This document shows, piece after piece, positions 46,413-54,558 of a stretch of 62,664 nt of DNA (its first letter is position 1; the number at the start of each line of letters is the position of its first letter). The notes beneath the pieces are model-generated. The model saw nothing but the letters and a program-made list of their open reading frames with translations, was not told the DNA's origin and did not search any database. Source of the stretch: a virus. Lineage: Duplodnaviria; Caudoviricetes. The stretch lies in the IMG/VR virus record IMGVR_UViG_3300018719_000038, positions 1-62,664 of that record. One strand, 5' to 3'. Made by a program: the position numbers and the translations under genes.

Positions 46413-48244
46413 ACACATTCCTCCGTTTCAAATTCGCGTAATATATCGATTGGACGGCCGCTGTATCCCGACGAACTATACCTCCCGGTTGCCGTACCGC
46501 CCGCCTTGAACTCCGAATGAATCCGCCCGTCCACTTCGAGCGCGTGCGGAATCTTCGAAACGTACGTGTTGAGGAGTTTTTCGTACGCGGCCACGGTCGC
46601 AAGCGGTTTGAGCGCCTCTTCCTCGTCGTAGTAAACCGTAAGGATTTCGGCGGCTGTACTCCGCGACTTGCCACGCTTGAATTGCGAAGTCCTATCGCGT
46701 ATCCCGAGATGATCGTAAATCAAATACGCCAGGTGGTTCCCGTTCGTGATCGAAAATTCTTGCGTAAACAAGGGCGCATGACCCTCGGTGGCCGGCGCTA
46801 GATTCATGGCCTCCGCTTCGAGCTCGGCCAATCGCGCGACCGCATTCGTATACTTCTTGAGCGTAGTTTTGCCGGCCGCCTCGCATTCCGCAATGATCGC
46901 GCGTTGCTTCGCCTGGGCTTCCGCGTTCCTTTCGATCCGCCGGCGCTGCTTCTCGCACCAGTCCGCGATCTTTGTCGCGTTTAGAGTTCGGTCCATTATC
47001 CGCACAAACTCCGCGTCGATGTTGTATGCGGTCATTACGTCGGCCCTTGCCTGTTCGAGCAACGGTTTAAACTCCGCTTCGAGTTGCGCCAGCCCTTCGA
47101 GGTCTACGCAGAATCCGCACCGCGCCAGGAATACGTCGGTCTCCGGTAACTTCGAGTCAATAAGCGCGTAGCATTCGAGTAGCTTGCCGGAACCATCTGC
47201 CGAGGCCGCACGCTTCATTTGCTCAAATTGCCATTTCGTCAGCTTCCATCCGTAAAGTACGTCCTTGATCGCGTAGATTCCGACCAACTCGACGCTGAAC
47301 GGTGCCGGCGAACGGTTGCCGAACATGTCTTCGAATGTAAAGACGGGACCCTCGATGCCGAAATGGCGGCCGTACTTCGCGACAAGCGGCTTCAAGCCGT
47401 ACGCTTCTTCGTGCTCATTAAGCAAGTTCATCGCGTCGAGCGAGTCCCATACGCATCCGCGGATCTCGTATCCGTCCTTGATCGCAACGTGAAGGTCATA
47501 CCGCGCCGACCCCATGTGGAACGACTTGCCGTGCGCCGGTTGCGAAAGGTACGGCGAGATTGCCGCCAGCACTTTCGACCGCGTGAGTTGCTTGTCGCCC
47601 GCCTTATGCGCATTGGTATCGTCCAGGAACTCAAATCCCGGCTCGCCGCGCATGTCTACGTGGCCGTACGGAAGGTAATAACCTTCGTTAAGCAGCGGTA
47701 GCCATACGGAATATCCGATCGAAACGTCAATATACGTATCGACGCCGGTACCCTCGAAGTCATTCGCGGTCATTGATTTTACGCCGAGTTTCACCCACCG
47801 GTCCGGCCATTCTCGCATCTGCCGCCGACATTCCTCGCGTAACCGTTCCACAAACGCAGGAAGCGCGGAGTCGTCCGTAATTATGTAGAAGTTCGCCGGC
47901 TTCGTCCGCAACGTCTCCGCAACTCTTTCCGCGCGTTCCTGGCGCTCGCGTTCCGCAAGCAACCGCTCGCCTGCCGCGATGACGTCCGCCTTTGTTACGG
48001 CTCCGCTTTCGCGCGCCTTTCCGCCGGAGCGGAGAGACAGAAGCTTGCCCGTTGCTTCCGTCTCCTTTACGATTTCGACGAGTTGGCGCTCGCGATCCGT
48101 AAGACTCATGCGGCTGATTCGTTCGATCGCTTCGGCCTGCGTTTCCTCTGCGGCCTTCTTGCGTTTGGCTGCGTCCTTAACGCGATCGGCAGCGTCTGCG
48201 GCGTCGGTCGGCGAGCGTAAGTTGAGCGTTAATTTAACGTCCAA
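46409..48244 (-). CDS. polA: Family A DNA polymerase, N-terminal part (3'-5' exonuclease, thumb)
   Basis: NDFEGTG, RYDL, YAIKDV, KLLNTY, DGRIHSEF, TATGRYSS. Confidence 0.9.
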   Translation of the reverse strand: MDVKLTLNLRSPTDAADAADRVKDAAKRKKAAEETQAEAIERISRMSLTDRERQLVEIVKETEATGKLLSLRSGGKARESGAVTKADVIAAGERLLAERERQERAERVAETLRTKPANFYIITDDSALPAFVERLREECRRQMREWPDRWVKLGVKSMTANDFEGTGVDTYIDVSIGYSVWLPLLNEGYYLPYGHVDMRGEPGFEFLDDTNAHKAGDKQLTRSKVLAAISPYLSQPAHGKSFHMGSARYDLHVAIKDGYEIRGCVWDSLDAMNLLNEHEEAYGLKPLVAKYGRHFGIEGPVFTFEDMFGNRSPAPFSVELVGIYAIKDVLYGWKLTKWQFEQMKRAASADGSGKLLECYALIDSKLPETDVFLARCGFCVDLEGLAQLEAEFKPLLEQARADVMTAYNIDAEFVRIMDRTLNATKIADWCEKQRRRIERNAEAQAKQRAIIAECEAAGKTTLKKYTNAVARLAELEAEAMNLAPATEGHAPLFTQEFSITNGNHLAYLIYDHLGIRDRTSQFKRGKSRSTAAEILTVYYDEEEALKPLATVAAYEKLLNTYVSKIPHALEVDGRIHSEFKAGGTATGRYSSSGYSGRPIDILREFETEECV

Positions 48245-48265
48245 GATGCGTCACCTCCTGCGTAA

Positions 48266-49429
48266 TTAGGCAGCGGCCTGTTCGCGATCGAAGCGCTGTT
48301 CGACCGGGACGATGAGGTTTACATGATGGTGATACTTCAGCTTCCCTGCTACTTTGACGGGGATGCTACTTACGTTCCCGCTTGCGGCCGCCTCTCCGAC
48401 GGTTCCTACCGGGTGTCCATACTCATCCTTGTACGTTTGTACGATATCTCCGGCCCTAATTTCGCCGACTTTCCGCCCGATTGCCGCCCATTTCTCAATC
48501 TCCGCGGCTTCCTCTGCGCTGAGTTTTTCGAGTTGCTCCGGTTTGGCGTAGCCCACCTCGTGGTCGTCACCTGCGATTTCAACACGCTCTCCGGAGTGGT
48601 ACGAAGTCTTCGGGTCGGATACCGTATAGATTTTACCGGTCTTGAGCCCGAGCAATGGATGCTCTCCGCCTCCGTTAATCAGCCGAACCTTATCGCCTTT
48701 CGCGAACTGGTTGCGTGGATCGAGCGCTTCTTTGGCAGCAGCGACTTCGGCTTCCGTGGCGCGGACGAAACGATGCACGAACATTCCGTATTTACGGCCG
48801 TCCAGCGTTTTAACGTCGATTATCGTATTAGAACCGAATGAGCCCCCGCCCCAATTGTCGTTAATAACTTCGCCAATATCGCCGACCTCCGCGATACTTT
48901 TTGCACCGTCCGCGTCAACCACTTTTACGCAATCCCCGACTTTAAATCGAACTTGCGCCAGGAACTCCGCCTCGGTTGCCGGCTGCAGGTGGTACGACCG
49001 TAAGTAGTTGCCGCGTGTTCCGTCCGCACGCTCCCCTACATATAGAATCCTGTTGCCACGATCTTCCGGCCCTTCTACGATTTTGATAACCGAACCGATC
49101 TCGTAAGCATGGTCATTATCGTTTGGCCCGACAACCTTCGCATAGTCCCCGACGGTCAAGCGCTTCGGCTTCGCGGGCTGCGCAGATTCTTCGATTTTTT
49201 CGTAGACTTCGTATTCTACTTTCCCGCCGTCAAAATCGTCGCCGTCCTCGTCTTCAAAATGCGGATCGCCCGCACCGTCTACGCGAGTTACCTCGTAAAA
49301 TGCGCCTTCAATAACGTAATCATAATCGTCATTATCCGTAATCTTGAGCACGTCACCGACCGCGGCTTTCCGGTCAACCTTCCGGTATTTAACGCCTTCG
49401 ATTTCGATTTCTACATTCAATTTCGCCAT
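48266..49429 (-). CDS. Tandem SH3/KOW-like repeat protein
   Basis: About five [FL].VGD..K[VI]V units separated by ATEAE linkers. Confidence 0.7.
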   Translation of the reverse strand: MAKLNVEIEIEGVKYRKVDRKAAVGDVLKITDNDDYDYVIEGAFYEVTRVDGAGDPHFEDEDGDDFDGGKVEYEVYEKIEESAQPAKPKRLTVGDYAKVVGPNDNDHAYEIGSVIKIVEGPEDRGNRILYVGERADGTRGNYLRSYHLQPATEAEFLAQVRFKVGDCVKVVDADGAKSIAEVGDIGEVINDNWGGGSFGSNTIIDVKTLDGRKYGMFVHRFVRATEAEVAAAKEALDPRNQFAKGDKVRLINGGGEHPLLGLKTGKIYTVSDPKTSYHSGERVEIAGDDHEVGYAKPEQLEKLSAEEAAEIEKWAAIGRKVGEIRAGDIVQTYKDEYGHPVGTVGEAAASGNVSSIPVKVAGKLKYHHHVNLIVPVEQRFDREQAAA

Positions 49430-49498
49430 TTATACGTTCTCCTCTCGTTCGGGCCGCGCCATATACGCTGTCGCCCGCCTTACGCTCCGTTTTCTCCG

Positions 49499-49942
49499 TT
49501 AGGCCGCGAGCTCAACCGGTCCGGCCGCAGTCTGCTCCGTATACATCTCGCGCTGAATACTAAGCGGTAGCTCGACCCAGCGTTTTTCCGCGCTCGCCTC
49601 GGTCGCCCAGTACTCCGCCTGCCCGGTATTCTCGAAGACCCATACCCGAGGGGCTTCGTCGCCTTTTGCGCCCAATACGCCAATAAAATAGTCAGCTTCG
49701 GGCTGCGAGTAGGCTTCTCCGTTGCCTTTGCGGGCATAAACGACCATCTCGTTCCGTCGGTCAGACCGCAGCTTAATCGTCTTGACCTGAAACGTTTTCC
49801 ACTCGCGGCTTACCGGATCGCGCGCCACAATGTCGAACGATTCGCGCGTCTCCGTCTTGGCTACGGTCCAGCCTGCGCATACGAGCGCCGTTCGTGCGAC
49901 TTGCTCCGATACTTGCCCGACAATTTCAGTAATGTGCGCCAT
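49499..49942 (-). CDS. PD-(D/E)XK endonuclease
   Basis: G..SE, FDIV, FQVKT, Y...EADYF; ATG at 49942. Confidence 0.75.
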   Translation of the reverse strand: MAHITEIVGQVSEQVARTALVCAGWTVAKTETRESFDIVARDPVSREWKTFQVKTIKLRSDRRNEMVVYARKGNGEAYSQPEADYFIGVLGAKGDEAPRVWVFENTGQAEYWATEASAEKRWVELPLSIQREMYTEQTAAGPVELAA

Positions 49943-50025
49943 AGATGCGCCTCTCTTTCGTGTGGGGATCGCCAGCCAGCGGCAACCTGCGCACTGGCCG
50001 ACGTCATTGTTGCGTTGGTACGCGA

Positions 50026-50811
50026 CTAGAAATTGAGCGTTGGGTCTTCGTCTGCCGGCGGCGCATCTGCGTCGGACGGAGTGCCCGCTGCGGCCCCGAT
50101 CGACAGGCCAAGGCGCGAAATATCGAATCCAGCGATGACCAGGTTCTTCGTTTGCTCCTCTTCGTCGGCTACGTACAGGCACGTTTCGAAGTTCGCGAGG
50201 TCGAACGGCTGCTCCCCGATCTTGGCGAAGTTGGCGCGCTCCTCTTCCGTTAGGTCACGTTCAGGCTTAACGATGGCATTGAGCGAAACGACTGCGTTAG
50301 TTCCTGCGCCCTTTTTCGAAAGTTTGAACGCGATTACGTCGAGGTCGTCGATATTATCTTCAATCGCGGATTTGAGCGTAGCCTCCTGCTTCGGACTCAG
50401 GTCGACTACGATATCCCGGCCGGACGTCAGATCGTAGAACGCGCGAAGATAACGTTTCTTACCTTTGTACAGATACGCCTCGTCCGTAATTTTCTTGACG
50501 TCCTCTTCGCTCGCGCCCGCTTCTTTAGCTGCGTTTGCTTCCGCGTAAAGAAGGTCGGCCGCCTTGTCCCATACGGAATGGCCGCTCTGAACGAATCCCT
50601 TTGCGTTACGTACGGGCGGATTCTTAGGAACGAACGTGTTAACTTTGCCGAACATGCCGTAGCCGAAGTACTCCGCGACATCGTTAATCGACTTGACGCC
50701 GACCTTATACGTGCTGCCGGACTTGAATGATACGATCGGACTATCCTTCGCGCTGCCATTGTCCGTACTTGCTGCGGCTGCTTCTGCGCCCATTTTCGTA
50801 AAAATAGACAT
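50026..50811 (-). CDS. Putative single-stranded DNA-binding protein
   Basis: 261 aa in replication module; K.SKKGAGTN motif; acidic tail ending DEDPTLNF. Confidence 0.65.
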   Translation of the reverse strand: MSIFTKMGAEAAAASTDNGSAKDSPIVSFKSGSTYKVGVKSINDVAEYFGYGMFGKVNTFVPKNPPVRNAKGFVQSGHSVWDKAADLLYAEANAAKEAGASEEDVKKITDEAYLYKGKKRYLRAFYDLTSGRDIVVDLSPKQEATLKSAIEDNIDDLDVIAFKLSKKGAGTNAVVSLNAIVKPERDLTEEERANFAKIGEQPFDLANFETCLYVADEEEQTKNLVIAGFDISRLGLSIGAAAGTPSDADAPPADEDPTLNF

Positions 50812-50819
50812 TCGATCAC

Positions 50820-51158
50820 GTTCCTTTTCTTCGATTTTTGCGAGCGGCGGTCGTTTCCGTACGGCGTGGAATCCGCGGCCGCTCTCGCGGATCGCAATGA
50901 TGCGCAAATTTTCGGACATAGGATTGCGCGCATGTACGCGGGCCCTGCGCACACTTGCGGCTTACTCTTAGGCGTAGCACATACGGACGGCGATTAAGCC
51001 GATTACAGTCGCCCCACGCATGAGGCGGACACAACCGTAAGATAAACGCTACTTTTACGCGTCGAGAAGGTATACTCCCGATAATGCGCGGCTCCTACGC
51101 CCGATATGTCGCAGCAACCGGAAAGTTACCGCAACACGGCCGACGCAGGAATCGGCTT
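50820..51158 (-). ncRNA. Candidate structured RNA / long structured leader
   Basis: Nested stems with many G-U pairs that form only on the minus strand (see findings). Confidence 0.6.
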
Positions 51159-51695
51159 TTATACGATCGCTGCGTATCCTTGCGCAAGCAGCGTCAATTC
51201 ACGTTTCTCTTTCGTGATCCCGGCGTTAATCTCACGAATCTGCAGCTCGACTGCGTTCATTCGCGCGGTCAACGCATTACGGCGCGATTCAGTCCGGGCC
51301 TTTGCGATCGCCAGGCGAAGGGCGGCCGCCTCCTGTTCGAGTGGGGCGCGTTTCGCCAGCGCTTCGACTTCCGCCTTCAATACCGCGACTTCTTTGCGTT
51401 TTACCTCGCGGCCAACTGCGGCGGCAACTGCAGACACGGCCGGTGCCGGAATCTCCGCCTTCATCACGGTTAGAATCGCGCTATCGATCAAATCCGCGAT
51501 GATAATTATTCCGGCTTTGGCGAACATTCGGCCGTAAGTGCCATCGTCAGCCAACGAATTACATACGTATTCCGCGGCGGCCATGTGCTGATTCGCCCAG
51601 CTTGTGGCCTGCGCCTTATCGACGCCGAACCTCTCGGTGATTCGGCGAAGGGCGTGCGCGGTTAAGCGCCATCTCTGCGTTGGGTTCGTGCTCAT
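51159..51695 (-). CDS. Hypothetical protein (DUF4258-like N-terminus, coiled-coil C-terminus)
   Basis: LTAHALRRITERFG...AILTV. Confidence 0.65.
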   Translation of the reverse strand: MSTNPTQRWRLTAHALRRITERFGVDKAQATSWANQHMAAAEYVCNSLADDGTYGRMFAKAGIIIIADLIDSAILTVMKAEIPAPAVSAVAAAVGREVKRKEVAVLKAEVEALAKRAPLEQEAAALRLAIAKARTESRRNALTARMNAVELQIREINAGITKEKRELTLLAQGYAAIV

Positions 51696-51844
51696 GCGAT
51701 CCGACCGCCTTTCAATACGCGGGGATTGATGTAATCCGCCGGGTCTTCGTATGGTTCGTACGCGCCATTATATAGAAGGAACGCGTCGAGCTGCGGAACA
51801 GATTTGCGTGAAACCTTTTTCGTGGACTTGCGTAAACTATTCAT
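51692..51844 (-). CDS. Small hypothetical protein (50 aa)
   Basis: MNSLRKSTKK...YEPYEDPADY behind GGAGGT; ATGA overlap downstream. Confidence 0.6.
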   Translation of the reverse strand: MNSLRKSTKKVSRKSVPQLDAFLLYNGAYEPYEDPADYINPRVLKGGRIA

Positions 51845-52032
51845 ATCGGATACCTCCGTATAGTCGTTTTTGGGCGTACTTAAATAAGCGTTGACAATCC
51901 GCCAATTTTTTCGTAATATTGATATCGTAAGTGTTTGAAATGGAAAGATTTAGGTTATGCTATACATAAGTAATTTTTAGTCTTTTATGGCTATTCTTGA
52001 TGACTTGACGACTGTGATATACTAAAATTGAA

Positions 52033-52071
52033 GATAAGAACGGCATTCATGCCCGAAAGACCGTTCTTATC
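52033..52071. terminator. Hairpin downstream of sigma-like gene
   Basis: GATAAGAACGG...CCGTTCTTATC inverted repeat. Confidence 0.65.
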
Positions 52072-52078
52072 AACGCAG

Positions 52079-52729
52079 TTAGACCGCTAAGTAATCGGAA
52101 ACATCTCCAAAACGATTGGCGTCGTATTGGCGAGCTAACTTCCGAAGCTTGCGTTTAGCTGTCTCATGATGGATACCGATCGATTCGGCTATCGCGGTAT
52201 CCGAAGCGCTGGGTGGCGCAAAAAGAAATGCTTCGACGATGGCTGTCGTCGTGGCGTCGGGTTTTCCCGAATGTTTCAAGAAGTCGATCAGTTGGCGCTG
52301 GTCGTCTTCTTTTTTTCTGCATAAGTTTGGCATCGCAACCTCTTCGGCAGACGGCTCCTCCGGTGTGGGGTACTTTGGCGAGTACTCACCGGATTCATTA
52401 GCGACCGTCTCATCGAGCGAGCCCGGGATTCTTTTTCGTCGTCGGCCGTTACCTCGGAAAACCATTAGTCGCTTCCGTAGCAACGCGGACGATAACGTCG
52501 TAGCGAAGTTCACTAGGTCGTCCCTTTCTGACAATTCCCATATCGCGTTATCAAACGTCTCCTGGGCGCTGTGCTCATCACGACAGCCTCTGCTTATTAG
52601 GGAATCCCGGTGCATCCTACCGAACATCGACTCCGCGAGACGGTACATCCGATTGAATGCGTCCGCTGTCCGCTCGGCTCGATAAGCTGCGTGCAAACTA
52701 TTAAGTTGTTCAATACTCAAAAACGTCAA
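52079..52729 (-). CDS. Phage sigma-70-like factor
   Basis: Region 2-like helix, SLD, C-terminal HTH TAIAESIGIHHETAKRKLRKL. Confidence 0.7.
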   Translation of the reverse strand: MTFLSIEQLNSLHAAYRAERTADAFNRMYRLAESMFGRMHRDSLISRGCRDEHSAQETFDNAIWELSERDDLVNFATTLSSALLRKRLMVFRGNGRRRKRIPGSLDETVANESGEYSPKYPTPEEPSAEEVAMPNLCRKKEDDQRQLIDFLKHSGKPDATTTAIVEAFLFAPPSASDTAIAESIGIHHETAKRKLRKLARQYDANRFGDVSDYLAV

Positions 52730-52752
52730 CTCCTTATATTAAATCTCTCTTA

Positions 52753-52788
52753 CACTGACTTTGTTGCCGATGGATAAACTTTCGCACA
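52753..52788 (-). promoter_or_regulatory. Conserved phage promoter-like motif, copy 2
   Basis: TGTGCG-N13-CGGCAACAAAGTCAGTG upstream of the sigma-like gene. Confidence 0.75.
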
Positions 52789-52846
52789 ATTCCAGATGAA
52801 ATTTTGTTAATATTATTTGTGATAGACTTTATCTGGAGGCGGCAAT

Positions 52847-53080
52847 ATGGGTTATCAACTCGGCCGCTGTTACCTCGATACTATCCTGCACGAGATTGGC
52901 TGGTCACAGAAAGACCTTTCCGACTACACGGAGATCGACAAAACGACTCTTTCGAAGTACGTTAAGGGATCGCGCACAATCTCGTATCTTAACTCGATAA
53001 TCATCACAGAGACCATCTACGAGCGAACCGGCAAGCGGTATAGTCCAAGTGATCTATACGAAGTTATTAAGACGGGTTGA
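52847..53080 (+). CDS. XRE-family HTH regulator (possible repressor)
   Basis: GWSQKDLSDYTEIDKTTLSKYV; divergent from the sigma-like gene. Confidence 0.85.
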   Translation: MGYQLGRCYLDTILHEIGWSQKDLSDYTEIDKTTLSKYVKGSRTISYLNSIIITETIYERTGKRYSPSDLYEVIKTG

Positions 53081-53168
53081 GTCTTGAGGGCAGCGAGGGC
53101 AAATCTAAGGGTTTGCCTTGCGGTCCAGTTGCCAAAACGCCAACTATCGACATTATACGCCTTTGGTT

Positions 53169-54113
53169 CTACGCTGTCATCATAAAATTTACCAATGGCC
53201 TATAAATTTCCCTCGTTTTTCCCAACTCTATCATTCTCGCCTCGGTCGGGTCCTTAAACCCGTGGGGCACTAGCGCAATCTCTAACCGCATCCGATCCCG
53301 CAAGCTCTCCGCAATCTCATTGCGCCAGGCTCGTCCGGCCGCGTCATTATCTCGCAAAAGTACAAGCGTTTCGATAGGACTCCGCAGTATGAGGTCGCGT
53401 TTTTTTTCGTTAAACGCCGCCCCACCGGTCGCAATCGCAGGCACTCCGATCGTCCAGAGATAAAGCGCATCGATTTCGGCCTCGACCGCAACGGCCCGTT
53501 TTATTCGGCGACGATGAATGACGTCGATTCCGTAAATTAAATTGCGGACCTGCGTTCCTTCTGCGTGGAACCAAAACCTTTTCGCGTAAGTTGTCCGATA
53601 CTTTACCGTCAGCAGTCGGCCGGCAGCGTCGAACCACGGAATTGTCACGGCGCGGCTCTGCGGATCGTATCCCGTTCGGAATAGCGCCTGAACCTCCGGA
53701 CTTATTCCGCGCCCCGTAAGGTAATCGGAATGATGCGTTGCGTATGTGTCGAGTAGCGAGTCAGCAAGCTTTGGTCGTGCGGGGGCCTTGGCGGTGGGCT
53801 CTCGTAGGTGAAGCGTTATGTAGTCCGCCGGGCCGTCGCGCTCATTATCCGTAAGTAGCCTTCGTGCTTCTGATTCGGAGATGCCGCGTAACAAGGCAAG
53901 TAGTTGAACGGGGCCGCCGCGCCGACGGTTCGGATCGGTTGCGCCGCTATCTACCCAGCAACCGAAAGCCGGGTCGTCTGGGTTCGTTATGACGCGGAAG
54001 GATGGTCGGTCGTCTCCGGGGCGAAAAGGCGAGCTGGCTTCGAGCTTTCCGGTATAGGGGCGCAGGTTGCGCCATGGGTAACGCTCGATTTCCGCGAACA
54101 AAGTTTCCAACAA
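53169..54113 (-). CDS. dnaG: DNA primase (TOPRIM)
   Basis: SPFR..DDRPSF, YLTGRGI, VEAEIDAL, DNDAAG, KDPTE. Confidence 0.9.
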   Translation of the reverse strand: MLETLFAEIERYPWRNLRPYTGKLEASSPFRPGDDRPSFRVITNPDDPAFGCWVDSGATDPNRRRGGPVQLLALLRGISESEARRLLTDNERDGPADYITLHLREPTAKAPARPKLADSLLDTYATHHSDYLTGRGISPEVQALFRTGYDPQSRAVTIPWFDAAGRLLTVKYRTTYAKRFWFHAEGTQVRNLIYGIDVIHRRRIKRAVAVEAEIDALYLWTIGVPAIATGGAAFNEKKRDLILRSPIETLVLLRDNDAAGRAWRNEIAESLRDRMRLEIALVPHGFKDPTEARMIELGKTREIYRPLVNFMMTA

Positions 54114-54124
54114 AGCAACACCCC

Positions 54125-54478
54125 TTATCGATTTTCTTCCAGAAGGTCCCACCATTCTTCCTCGGAAATCCCTAGTGACTCAATAATTTCCCTTACATAG
54201 CTTGTTTTATAATCGCTGACACGTTGCCCTAACTGGTTTTCGTATCCACCATCAATTAGCCTTAATGACTCCTCCACGTCTCTCATTGCTGCCTCAACCA
54301 CTCCCTGAATAAACTCCTGCTTTGATACGTTTAGTTTATTCGTAAGTATCTCAAGCCTCCTATTTTGTAAGTTGGTGAGGGATATTGAGAATCTTACGGT
54401 CTTGTTTAATATGGAGTCTGGTGTAGTCGGTTTACTGACCATACTTTCAATTATTTTGGAAAAATTACTAGCTTTCAC
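54125..54478 (-). CDS. Ribbon-helix-helix-like accessory protein
   Basis: TVRFSISLT..RRLEILTNKLNVSKQEFI; AT-rich; has its own promoter. Confidence 0.6.
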   Translation of the reverse strand: MKASNFSKIIESMVSKPTTPDSILNKTVRFSISLTNLQNRRLEILTNKLNVSKQEFIQGVVEAAMRDVEESLRLIDGGYENQLGQRVSDYKTSYVREIIESLGISEEEWWDLLEENR

Positions 54479-54500
54479 TCAACCACTTCCTTGAATCAAT

Positions 54501-54544
54501 TTTTGGTTCATAATTATAATACCTCCTTTTGGTTCAGTTGTAAA
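54501..54544 (-). promoter_or_regulatory. Promoter with TGAACCAAAA direct repeats
   Basis: TTTACA-N17-TATTAT; TTTTGGTTCA at 54501 and 54527. Confidence 0.6.
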
Positions 54545-54558
54545 GAAGGATTTGGAAA

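Noticed and set aside
46131-46418. Intron or intein interrupting polA
   Set aside because: No group I P/Q/R/S or group II domain V seen, no C/S...HN ends; the insert is a lipobox ORF overlapping both halves.
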